64,000 nucleotides of DNA from Phoronis australis (taxonomy: Eukaryota; Animalia; Phoronida): positions 784,565 through 848,564 of the forward strand of contig NMRA01000085.1 of the NCBI GenBank assembly GCA_002633005.1, in the 5' to 3' direction. Of the stretch, positions 1 to 12,600 are shown piece by piece. Positions within the stretch are counted from its first letter, which is position 1. Each line of letters opens with the position of its first letter. The position numbers were made by a program, and so were the translations under genes. The notes beneath the pieces are model-generated. The model was not told where the DNA came from. It searched no databases and saw only the letters and a list, made by a program, of their open reading frames with translations.

Positions 1-639
1 ATGCTGTCAGGCAACCCATCAAGTCAGAACATAGTCAATCTTCGAACGTCATCTCAGGTGCTAGTGCAGGCAACCCGGTATGCCAGGTAGCCTCTTTGTG
101 GGACAATCCAGAGCCAGCTGAAATGCCCATGTTCCTAGCACCGATATCGTTGCCAAAGTCTGGGACATCGACTGTTGTGCAAACGCAAGATGAAAAGGTT
201 GTCCCACTTGATCTGTCTAACATACAACAGACACTACAGAATGAGCAGGGGTCTAGTATAGGCTTAGCCAATATTAGCCAATCAAACAACAATGGTAATG
301 TCCCTGAAGATGGGCGTGACTGTGAAATTAGGTCAAGTTCAAGGTCAGGTGGTAGGAACCGACCTGATGATGAACGCAGTGCTATGGAGTCAATGCCCAG
401 TACCCCTGCAGATAGAAATAAGCATGAGCCTGACCCCAGGTATTCGGATCCTAGGGATAACCGGGTCAGTGATAGGTCAAAACGATCGCGTGATAACAGG
501 GACCGTGATTGGGGGTCTAGAGACGACCGGGATTATGATAGAAATGATCGCCGTTCAAGAGACGGCTCTGATCGATATCGACGGGATGAAAGTCATCAAT
601 ATCGACGGGAAGAAGACGAGAGACCGAGGTCACGACAAG
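1..639 (+). CDS. SEC16: SEC16 exon (5'-truncated by window), low-complexity then Arg/Asp-rich
   Basis: Frame 3 open from base 3; donor CAAG|GTGAGG after 639, phase 1. Confidence 0.85.
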
Positions 640-3600
640 GTGAGGCAAAAAAGTTCTTTCAAGACCAAAAAATTAGTGATACTTCGCTAAGGTTGTGCAC
701 AGTCTGACCTGTAGATGGCATGACGGTATTGGAGTTTCCTCACGAGTTATCACTAGCTTTAAGCAATGAACATGCCCAAATATGAGTTCACTTTCAGTGG
801 AGCTTTTGTCAAGTCAAATCTTCTGTTTGTGCCAAGCTATCTTAACTTACTAAATCATAAAACAAAAACTTATGGTCTGATGTAGACTTATCACTATTAA
901 ATGTAAAATGTATATCTCAATCTGAATATCTCAAAATTTCTGTGCTTATAAACGAAAAACAAAGCTTATGTGTAGCTGTGGTTTGTATCTGTTGATCAGT
1001 GCAGGAGTTAGCATGGAGTTGATGGCTCACTGGAATGAACTTAGGAGCTTAATGTTTCATTCATTAAGTTTCACATCAAGTGTCCTTTGTCGAAATATTC
1101 ACAGTTTGTTGACTAGAATTACTAACAGGACGCATCTTTTTCTGTTATCCAGGTGACCGGGAGAATTCAGGAAAAGGCAGGTACGACAGACGTGACCGGG
1201 ACAATTCTGATTATCGTAGCCGACGAGACGATGATCGCTATGGAAGGGATCGTTATAGACGTGACAGGGATGGCCACGACCGACATAGGGGCCGCCATGA
1301 GCGAGGCAGATATGACCGTGACTCGTCACGTGAACGAGAGAGATATGACTACAGAGACAAAAATTATGGTTTGTATCATTTCCATAATGAAATTGGTCTT
1401 GTTGTGTTCTGTGAAAACTTTAAGAAAGGACGAAAAGGTTGACCCTGCATTTGGTGAAAATTTTAAGCAAATTGATCAAATTTTTTTTTGTAATCAATTT
1501 CATACCCTATACCATGAACTCTAGATATGCTTACAAATGAAAGGTGCCGAAATATGGCGTTCTTAAAGGGGATTCGCCATCGTAGACTTTCCATGTTGAA
1601 TTCTAAAATGAAGCATTTTGGGATTGAAAGACATTGCCACTCTTTTCCAACCCTTAACTGTTGCGGTGTTATCGGACTTCTCAAGTAACGGGCAATACGC
1701 AAATGCACCATTGTGGAATTCCCTATTTTCAGGGCTTGGAATTTTCCGCGGAAACGCGGATTTCTGCTTTTTTGAAATGTGCTTTCCGCTTTTTTATAAT
1801 ATTTCTGCGTAAAAAAAATCGGATTTGATATGAAATTTCCGCGGCAAATTCCTTTGTTACCGCGGCGTTTCAGACGACGTTCACCTCGGAAAGCGGAAGT
1901 CTTTATGTTTCGGAGGAACGTAAATTGTCAACATTGCCGGGGCATCTGGGTAAAGCGTGGTCTGATTTTCAATGGCGGCTCGTGTTATTGTTAAGCGCGG
2001 CGACAAATACTACCGCTCTGCAGCCAAATTTGTGTGGGTTGGGAGTGGACGAGCGAGCGAAAAGGACGCAGACGCATGCTACTGATGGTGGTAACGTTTT
2101 TTGTTTTGTTTTTTGTTTAGTCCTCCCGATTTTTGTCGCGGAAAGGTTCACATTGACCATTTCAAAGGCTGGTTATCGGGCATGATTTGGGCCGTAAAAG
2201 TTTCCGCGTTTTTTGTCATTGGTCATTCCAAGCCCTGTATTTTACAATCAGCCAAGGGCAATAAGTTGCGAAGCGTTTGCTTGAGGTGCTGACATTTGCG
2301 ATGTTGTTGGTAAACGAAATCAAATCCTGGTGGAGAGGAATATTATGAGATCGATTTTATGAGCTGCAGCAGCCATTTCATTTTTGTTTTCTGGCAGATA
2401 AATGTGGAATAAAGTCTGTTTGACATAGTTTTTTCATATTATTATTGTTGTCTCTGTTTGCTGATGGATTCGCTTCTCTTCTAGATGACAGCAGATACCA
2501 GAGCCGGTCGTACCAGGCAGACCACACGTCCTTTGACACATATAACAAGGGTTACATTGAAGAACTACGGAGATACTATCTTCAGTACTATGGAGACCCC
2601 AGGTAATTGTTGGATTTATAAGAGCCTAAGTTATTATACCGCATAATTTGCTTAAAGTGGCATTATACTTTTAGTGCCTGTCAAAAAAGTTTTGATTCAG
2701 GCTACTTACAGTGAAATGGTCTTGTCTTGTTTCTTACTCCATTTAGAAGTGATCTTACAGCTAATTATTTCTGACCTGAAATTTTGTGAACTTGTTCTGA
2801 ATAAATAATATACCATCTTCTCTTCTCTATCCCAGAAATCACATTGATTTTGACTAAAAAGGGAACAATTTGAGACCAATTTCATGACGGTTAGTGGTCT
2901 ATATTAAAACTAGGTTTTGACAAGAAGCATCTAGTTTAATCCTGCCTGAAATTTTTAGGTTTCCTGTCACAGCCTCTTGTGCTTGATGAAAAATTGTATT
3001 TTTTCAGCACGGATTAGTTTTTAAACTACTTGATTCAAATATCGCTGCACCACCGCCACTTTGATTAACACCAAGAGCTTATTTTATCGTAAATTTTCCT
3101 ATGTTTCACCGTGCAGTACCTCCCATTTTATAACTTTTTTGAAACAGGTGTGGCAAAAATGTCTCATTTACAAATTGTGGCCACAAATAACTTTGTTCGT
3201 TCCTCTCTTCAGAATTGCTGAACATTACGTTCAACAAACCATGCAACAGTACTACGGTAGCTCCACCTATGGGTCACGACCAAGCTCACGATCTGGGTCC
3301 CGTCAAGGGTCTCGCAGCAACACCCCAGCCCCGGACGCCTATGGGAGGTAAGGGTTTAGTTCAGATGGAAAGCTTTGATTTTCCCCAAGTGTGTTTGTTC
3401 TGTGACTGAAGGGTACAAAAAATCCTCTAAGCAGGGTGTCCTTGAATAACTATCAATAATCATTGGAAATGCCGTTGACCTCTCCGTGTTTGTAGAAATT
3501 TTTCAAAACTTGGTTTCTGAGTACTAATGGTTGACGGTGACATCTGATACACAATTGAGGTCGAAAATTTCTGTGTATTGTTTATTTTCCGGGGTTATAC

Positions 3601-6600
3601 GATGAAGTTGTCTACCATTCGTAAAATCCCAAGTAATTCGAAACCAGTCAAAAATGGTAAAAGACAAGATTTAGCAACTTGAGCTAAGATATTCAGTAAT
3701 CCGTGTTTTCATTGGCATGGAATTCTGTGGGGTTCTTTATTTAGTGTTTCATGCCTTCTTCATGGTCTGTTAGAAGGGCATCATTGTGTTAGTTTTCTAT
3801 TTTGTAGGTCGTCTTCACGGCCTTCCAGTCGCCAAGGTTACGATGATGAATACTATGGAAATGCCAGTTACCATAACACCAGCAGCTATGACTACTACAA
3901 TAACAGTACTTTTGACCAAAGTCAGTTCAACGAGTCCAGGGAAGGTAAATGAGTCTATGGCTTGACTGATGATTCGCAAAATGGTCTGTAGGTTACAGAA
4001 GTGAATTTAGCATGTTTTTAGTTCCTGATGATGGAATTTTTCTGTCAAAACTCACATTTTTTGATAGAATTTCTTGGACAAATGACCACTACGTCATCCT
4101 GTATGAAGTTTCAAGGACTGGGCTGTTTACAGCTCAGTGCATTGTACGACAACAAAATTTTACATTTAATTTCACTCCTTATTTGACCAGCTCACAAGTT
4201 AATACTAAAAGTGATTCACAACCTTGGCTCTATGCCAACTAGAAACTGGTGGTCATATTTCTATGTCTACCCCACTGCCATTTCATGACCCCAGTGCTAC
4301 CAGTCATCATGATCCTCAGGGTATACATGTATCTAAATATGGTAGTGCTCCATATTTGAAATTGTTTTGGACCTTGTTTGGCAATCTTGTGCCTTGTTTG
4401 AAAAGCTCTGGGCCACGTTTAAAATCTTCAACCACGCTCTAAATGAGATTTGTTTCTGATGTACAAGGCAAATTATTGAAATTGTGTTGCAAAGTGGTAA
4501 CCATTTTTATTCTTTTTCTGTAAAAATGATAGTGAAATGACCAGCGTGTGAAAATAATGTGCAACTAATCTTTTGTGAAATGAGACAAAGTAAGATTAGG
4601 ACGGGAAAACATGACATGCAATTTGCACTGTTTGAATTGTTGTGGGAGTACCTGTGGTATGACTGGTTTACTAGGTTTCTAGGGCCATGTGATTTTCCGT
4701 GTTAATTGTGCCAGTTGTACTTTCAGTTGCTCAAGAGACGGTATCGGGTCGACTCACCCCACCCAAGCACATCCTCCCTCACGCACACGTCTATTTCACT
4801 GCCACTGGTCAGCTGATCAAGGTTGTTCCGAATCGGCCTGCAGAGGGCGAACCTGCATCGGTCGAGTTCCACGATGTGTCCGCAGTGTTGACTGACAGCT
4901 CAGAGGCTGATGAACTCCGTGCTTTCCCAGGGCCTCTGGTCAAGTGAGTTGGGTTCATTGAGCTGATATTGCCATTGCTTTGGTGAAAATGGTTTTGTCA
5001 TTTGGCACATGTTGATGCTTTAAGTTTAGTCTTGTCTTGTGAAGCTTGTTACATTAAAATTAGCTTAAGTTTAAATAGCAATATTTCTATGGATTTCTGT
5101 CTTCAGGCAAAGCTTTTTGTAAAACAAAATTTATAGAAATTATTCATTTCATGTAATGTAAAGTACAAAAAATAATGCACGTTGTTGCCCAAGTGTTGGA
5201 TTTTGTGCAGTTTAGGATTTCCAGGATTAGCATATTACTGGTTCTATGGATCGCTTTGTGTTGTTTTTGAGGAGTTGATGGGCTTGGTCAGTTTCCTGAG
5301 TCAAGTACCGCTTTGCTGGAACCCCTAATGGCCCATGTAGTTGTTAATGCAGCTTGATATTGAGGGTGTTCAAACGCATATAGTGGTCCGGTGTTGGCAT
5401 TGTCGTAAACATTATCACTCTAACTGTGGCAAGTTTAAGGATTTGTACGTGGTTTCCAGTTGGTGATCAGTTGACGTTCCTTGAAATTGTTCGATTGGGT
5501 TGAGCATTTTTTTAATTTTGTTAAACAGTTCAGAGCAATGAACGGTGAAATTTTGCTTATTTTCTAGACAGATGCAGAGATATTTGCAGAGTTGTTTCAC
5601 TGGTGTGTGCTTTTCAGCTATTACCAACTTTTTCATAAAATATTTATTTGACTCACCTTGTTGTTCAAGACTTTTTATTTTGCTGAGAGACTATTTAGGA
5701 GCTGTTCAAGCTGTCATTCACTTTAATAACTCTTCCTTTTCAGGGGCGAGACTCACAAGGCCGATGTGATCTCATTCTGCCAGGCCAAGATACGTCAGTG
5801 TCGGGAAGACCTGAGTATGATCGATCGGGAATCAGCTGAGCTGGTGTGGAGGTTCCTGACTCTGCTGATCAAACAGAATGGGGTGAGTGTTCAAAATGAG
5901 TTAGACAGTAGTCATATTGACCTGGTTTTATTTCAACCTAATTCGAATTCCTCAAGTCACGTGGACTTGAATCAGGGAATGATGATAATTGGACAGGTGA
6001 CTGTGACCTCAGGAGGGAACACTGTCTCTTGATTATTTCAAGCAATGTCATCCAAAATGCATGATTATTTTTCTCTTCGTTATCAAGGTATTTAGGGGTG
6101 GAGTCATCTGCCTGATAATGTCAGAGTTATCAGTGCGGAGTTTTCAGTTAGTTGCCTATGAATTCTTCAAGATTCTGTCTATGTAGCAGTTGTGACACCT
6201 GTTGGACATTGCCTTCATACAACAAATATACATACTCCCTCTGTTGGTAACAAAACCTCCTCTTGGCTCCGTGCCATTATTAATGTTTGTGAATGTTAGT
6301 ATGTAGCTTCATTGTTGGAAATTATCCAATGCTCGAATAAACTTTGCTTAACTTTAAGTGTTTGTCTTGTAGCGTTTTTGTGCATTCTTTGAAATTGTTG
6401 AGATATTTGTGGATTGAGTCATGTCATGACGTTTGGAGAGAGTTTCTGTCAGGAACATCTTTTTTCTAGACTGTTGTTGGATCTGATGTAGCCGAGCTGT
6501 TGTTAGAAGGTCACGAGGCCACAACCCAACAGTATGATGAACAGGGCTTAGAGGTCATGGGCAACAGCGACGTGTCGACGAAGGCGGAGCCTAATGGCAC

Positions 6601-9600
6601 GGGAGAGGTTGAACCACGGGTCAGGCATCTGTCAACGACTCAGGATGTCACAGATAGGTTCCGACATCTGCTTTTGTATGGACGGAAAAAGGTGTGATGA
6701 ATGTATAACTCATTAGAAAATTAATCTAGGATAACCTGTAACCAAAAATGACACTGAAAACAACTGTATTCTCCTTTAAAGGAACAAGCTTGTTGTAGAG
6801 AGGGAGAAATATATTTGATATTCCCATATATTTATAACTTAGGATGAACCTGGCAATTGCTTAGTCTGTATTTGCTTGACAGTTAAGAGTTTGATGCTCT
6901 GCAAATTATAAGTGGTGCAATAACTGTAAATTAATTGAAATACCGTTACTTACAATTTATTTTCTTCTATCTGTAATTTTGCGTGCAAAACTTAATGTAA
7001 TTCTCCTGGGTATGTTGTTGTTACGTCCATCTCTCTCTCTCTGCAGGATGCCCTTGAGTGGGCAGCCAAAAATCATCTGTGGGGACACGCCCTCTTCTTG
7101 GCCTCTAAGATGGACGCCAGGACTCATGCGCAGATTCTGACGAGATTCGCCAATGTGGCTATGCGTCTCAACGACCCTCTGCAGACATTGTACCAACTGA
7201 TGTCGGGTCGTCAGCCGGCTGCATCAACGGTTAGTTGACTCATTATACCTGTGGTGTAGGTTTACCTGTCTTAACGAAATTGCAGCGGTGTTTATGACAT
7301 GTTTCCTGTAGACGTTCATGAGTCACTGGGATGGAGACTAAATATTGTGTCCACATGATTTAGGACACATTAATAACGTGTACCTCAGAGCTAGTCATGC
7401 TGTTTGTGTGAAATTTATCCGGTGTTCTGCAAGCTGGTGTCTGAAATTATTATTCCACAAACAGCACCATGGCAACCATTTTAGCATTTTTATCATGGTT
7501 CGTTGCTTCTTAAATTCGATTCACTGACTCAAAGTTGTAAAATAAAGCATAATTATTGCTTTATTTGTTTTTTTTTATTCATTTAAACAACTTTGGATTC
7601 AGACCATGCATCCTAATGAAGTTGGTCACTAATTGTTCCTTTTTTGGTCAAATTACAGACTATTTTATGACTTCCAAATAACTGGTTTTTCATTATTGTC
7701 TTGTTGGGCTTGTCATTTTATGTGTTGAGCAGGTTTCAGGAAATAACTAACTATGTCATGGGTTAAGCACTATTTTAGCTGTAATTTCAAGTGCGCTGTA
7801 ACTTGAGTTTGCTAATTCTGCTTTTTGCTAATTTGAAAGTTTGAGTTAATGACTTGCCGGGTTATTCCTGTTTGAGATTTTGCTAATTCCGGGTAAACTT
7901 TTAAAAACTTTTTTGTTAACTGAGTCAGACGTATTTTTTTCTGTTAATGCACTTGGCATTTTTTCATTAATTATTAAATATCTTTAGTCTGAATCATTCA
8001 ATATTTTCTCTAAAGCTGAATAAAAATACACCTTTCGTTAGATAATGTTAATTTTCAATTTACTTTTTAAGACTTTGTGCTACCCTGCACCCAACAAGGT
8101 AACCTTTTATTCAACTACTGCACGCTCACCTTTCTCAAAGACACACTTGTCACTGTATCCATAGAAACACCAATGCCCCGACTGTAACCTCAGCCATTTT
8201 GTTAATGTTATAGTATGCATTACTGCTGACGACTTGTGGCGCCCTCTGGTTTACTCTAACACAGAGACTTATTGTTGTAGGAGGACTTGTGTCGTAACTT
8301 TTGGTTAATGGTTTGTGTCAATAAGCGACCATTCTTATTGTTGTTAAATTTTGTTATTTGTTGTTGGTTATTTACTAAAAATTGAATTGTACAAATTGAT
8401 TTATAATTAACTTCCACAAATTAAAAAGTTAAATGATGCTAAATTGATTTTAACTGCTTTCGTCTGATTATCATTGTTTAATTTGAATTACGATGCTCTT
8501 GTCTTTGTATATTTGTCAAATAGTAGTCAGTGTTGCGTCATACATTTGTTTGTATTAAAGGCCTCTGGTCCAAGGTACAATAAACAAAAATTAAACAGGC
8601 ACATTTGTACACGCAGTGAGTGCTCCTGGCAACTGATAATGTACATGTCATAGGGAAGGGAGAAACCTCCAGTCTTCCTTAAAGAATACGTTTTTGAAAG
8701 TAACCTGATTACACCATCTTTTCCTGCTCAACAGTATCTGTTCAAATTTGTCAGTGCATTTGACACATGATATCCACCCTAGTTTTTGTCTTGCAGGGTC
8801 TTAGTGACACCAAATGGGGAGACTGGCGCCCTCACTTGGCCATGATCCTGTCCAATGCCTCGGCCAATCCCCATGTAGACAGGAAATCCATCATCGCCCT
8901 CGGGGACACGCTTGGTGAGTCAATTTTCGGCATATCACACACACTGTGGTCTTGAAAAGTCATGAGAACAGAAAAGTGGTCGTAAGTTTTCACTGTGTGG
9001 TTTTATCATCCTATGTTATTTCAAAGCTACTTCTGATCAATTCTGAAGGCATTGTTCCGTTTGCAATAAAAGCAAACGCTTTGTGTTCTGTCTCGTCAGG
9101 GCTAATTACCTTGTATTTTCAGCCTCGCGTGGATTCATGCATGGTGCACACTTCTGTTACCTCATGGCTCAGGTCCCATTCGGCAACTTTGAAAAGAAAA
9201 GCTCAAAGATCGTGCTAATTGGGTCCAATCACGGGTGAGTAGAGCTTGGCCCCACCCACCTTGTTGATGGAGTCGATGGTAGATTTTGATAAATGATTTT
9301 CATACTTCCCGTATGTTAAGTGTTATTAAAGTGTTACTGTTTTTCAGTGTTTTTGACTTATGGAAAATTTAACTTATTTATCACGGAAAATCGATGATTT
9401 TGTCTTCCTGTCGTTTGTCTAGGTTACCATGGGAGCAATTCACCACATGCGAGGCCATCCAACGTACGGAGGTGTTCGAGTATGCCCAGTTGCTAGGCAA
9501 CCCCATGTTCAGCCTGGTCAACTTCCAGTTGTACAAGTTCTTGTATTCTACTCGTCTGACTGAGAATGGTTTACATTTGGAGGTGAGCCACCAGTTCTCT

Positions 9601-12600
9601 TTGTTTTGTGGCATCATTTTTTTAAACACAGTTGCAGTCACAGTTTGACGTTTGTTTACCCTTATTAGTTATCGACAGATCATCAGTATGATAAAGTTGC
9701 AGTGCAAACACATTGCGTGTTTAGGGTGTGCAGTCATTCAGTCCTCTCCCATCCATTGTTCTAAAATTACCTATTGTAGCATTCATGTTAAAGAAGCGGA
9801 CCAAATTTATGCAAATTTCTGAGGAGTCTGTGCAACGACTTCCATCTTCTCTGACACTCACATGTCCACGTGTTCTGCCCGTCTGCGGCATAAACCAAAT
9901 TACACGTAGGGTCTGCCTCATTGTCATTGCTGTCCTAGAACTCCTCTGGTCGTTCTGATTTTTATGAAACAACTGAAGGAATTCTGCTGGTCAGTTCTGT
10001 GAGAGGGTTTTGTTCAGTGAGCACGTACAACTTCTTGGGTGAGTAAAGCTGGTTGTTACCACTGATTGCACCATGATATGTTTCAGGCGCTTAAATATTG
10101 CGAAGTACTAGCCAACACCATTCAACAGATGCCAGGTGCATACTCTGAGGTTCTTGTCAAAAACGTCTACGAGGTGAGTTTGTGAGCCGTATAATCAATT
10201 CTAAGACAAGATCTAAACATTCGCCGTATTGCAACATACTCTTCAGTACAATAATGACCAGGAAATAGAAACTGTTTTATTATTATAACTTTTAAGTCTA
10301 AGGATACTGTAAGTTGTTATTTCATTTCCGTTCTGCGACTAACTACAGTGTATAATTATTCTGTGGTTGATGTTGATGTCATAAGTCGATATGTTATCTC
10401 ACCACATTCTTTTAGTTTCCGCTTGGTATAATTATTTTTAATACAGTTTTGTGTCATTGTGTTTCAGCTTGGTCACAAGCTAATGTACAGCGACCCTCAG
10501 TCTCTACATATGGGTGAATATATGGAGGAACCCTATTGGTTGTCACAGCTCAAGTCAATCCTCCAAGCGTTTGAGGAGGGCGCCATTCAGCCAATTTCTG
10601 GCACACAGACCCCCATGGGTTACAGTGGGTCGGGAGCTGGCAGTGAGGCTGGGGACCCATCCCGCGGTTACCAGGGCAACCAGTCATATGATCAGAGTGT
10701 GGGGCAACAATATCCAGGTAAAAGAAAAGGTTTAGGGCTGAGTGTGGTATTCAGCTGTGCACGCAGTGTTTTCATTCACTTGAGAAAAGAGTGTGACTAA
10801 TTCTGGTAAAGACTTTTGAAACCTTGTCGGCAAAAACTGAGATTGGATAACCTAAATGTTTGTACAGAGTGTGCAATTGTGTGATCAGTTCTATCAAATG
10901 CTTATGAAATATTCATTAACGATACGAGAAATGTGTATAATTCAGGTGTTCCGTGTACTTTTGGACTCTTAAGGGAAATGAGTACCATTAGTCACCTCCT
11001 TTATGCTTTGGCATTTCCGGTTGACGAACTTAATCTTAATTCATGTCAGACTGAGTTTACGTTTCATAAAATAAAATTCTTTAAAATGGTTGTTTGTGTG
11101 CAAGATTATTTGATTCAATTGCAATCTCCAATTCACCACATTACAGGCCAATACGCCACCAATTGGCAGTCAAGTCAACAACAGGTTGACTGGTCCCAAC
11201 AGACACAGATGGCTTGGTACCAGCAGCAACCATATCAACAACCAGGCAGGTCACAGGAGCAGCAGCAGCAGCCACCACAAGGTCAGTACGGCTACCAACA
11301 ACAGGTGACACAACAGCAATATGGCGGAGGTCAGTATGACCTTCCGGACGGTCAGGAAGCAGACCCAAGTCAACAACAGGGGGAGCTGTTGGCAGGCATG
11401 CCAGATCAGAGGAGGGGTTCCTTAATGAACCAAGGAGGAACATCGGGACAGGTGAGTGTGGAGAGTAACTACAATAAATGTGCTAGAGCTAGTTGCATTT
11501 TGTGAAATTTTGAAATTTTCTTGAAAGTTTTTCCGGCATTTTCACCCGTTTAGAACACTTTTATCAGTCATTCACAAAAGGTGTAATGTCCAATTCCGTG
11601 CAACCACGGCGGCCATTTTGTTGGTACACTACCAGACATTTAAAAATTGTTTTGAAAATAGCGTATATATTTTACTCTCACTGGTTAATTTTGAAAATGT
11701 GTGTTGAAAGAGCACCATTTTGGAATAAGTTCAAACTAGATGACTGTGTTTGCGGCAAATCAATTATGGTGTAGAACTTCACGTTTTAATGTTGTTAACT
11801 TTCGCCAGATTTTCTTAATTAAATTTCTAAGTAAGTTGCTTATGCCTGCTTCGAGTGATATATATCTCATGCTGTTTATCAAAGTGGTAATGAACACCAC
11901 AGCAGTTACATGATTTGTTCATATCAAGGACTTACGGGGTTTGGAATATGATGCTTATCTGTGAATCGTCCGTGAACTGTAGACTGTGTAATATAGATTA
12001 TGCGAAGAGCATCCTGTAAGGGAACAAAACAATACTTTGTGAAAAGTCAAACAAATTTTTCAGTCACATATGCGATTAAAGATGAAACCATATAGTACAA
12101 TGAAAAAATATCAAAAATGTCATATTTATGAAAACTTGCCAATATTTTGATCTTAAGTGGAGTGCATTTGTCTTTCCCTACAGAACCAAGTAGTGCCCCC
12201 TTTGGATCTTAATCTGGCTGATTCGATGAATTCCCAATTCACCACAACGACTGTGTCGTCGAGCGAAGCTGAGTCGCCTTTGTCTGACAGCATGGCCTCA
12301 CAGGATTACTACAACATGGCCACTAGGGTGAGTTGGAGTGCATAACATCATGTGCTGTTGAATCTTTGTATTGAAGCTCATCGGTATTACTGTGCTACGA
12401 GAGCATAACAATGGCTGTTTATTCTATTGTATAAATCTACTGTTTCTTAATGCTTGTCGTTCAGGGTACTGGTATAATTTTTTTACACAGATCTTTTCGG
12501 ATGCGAGCTCCTAGTTATGTACACTACGAGGCCTCTTAATGGCACTTAAAAGGTCTTCATTTATGCTTGTGTGCTGCCCACAGCAGCAAAAACGAACCAG

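Noticed and set aside
292-1524. ORFs 292-690 and 1153-1524
   Set aside because: Off-frame readings of the Arg/Asp-rich SEC16 exons
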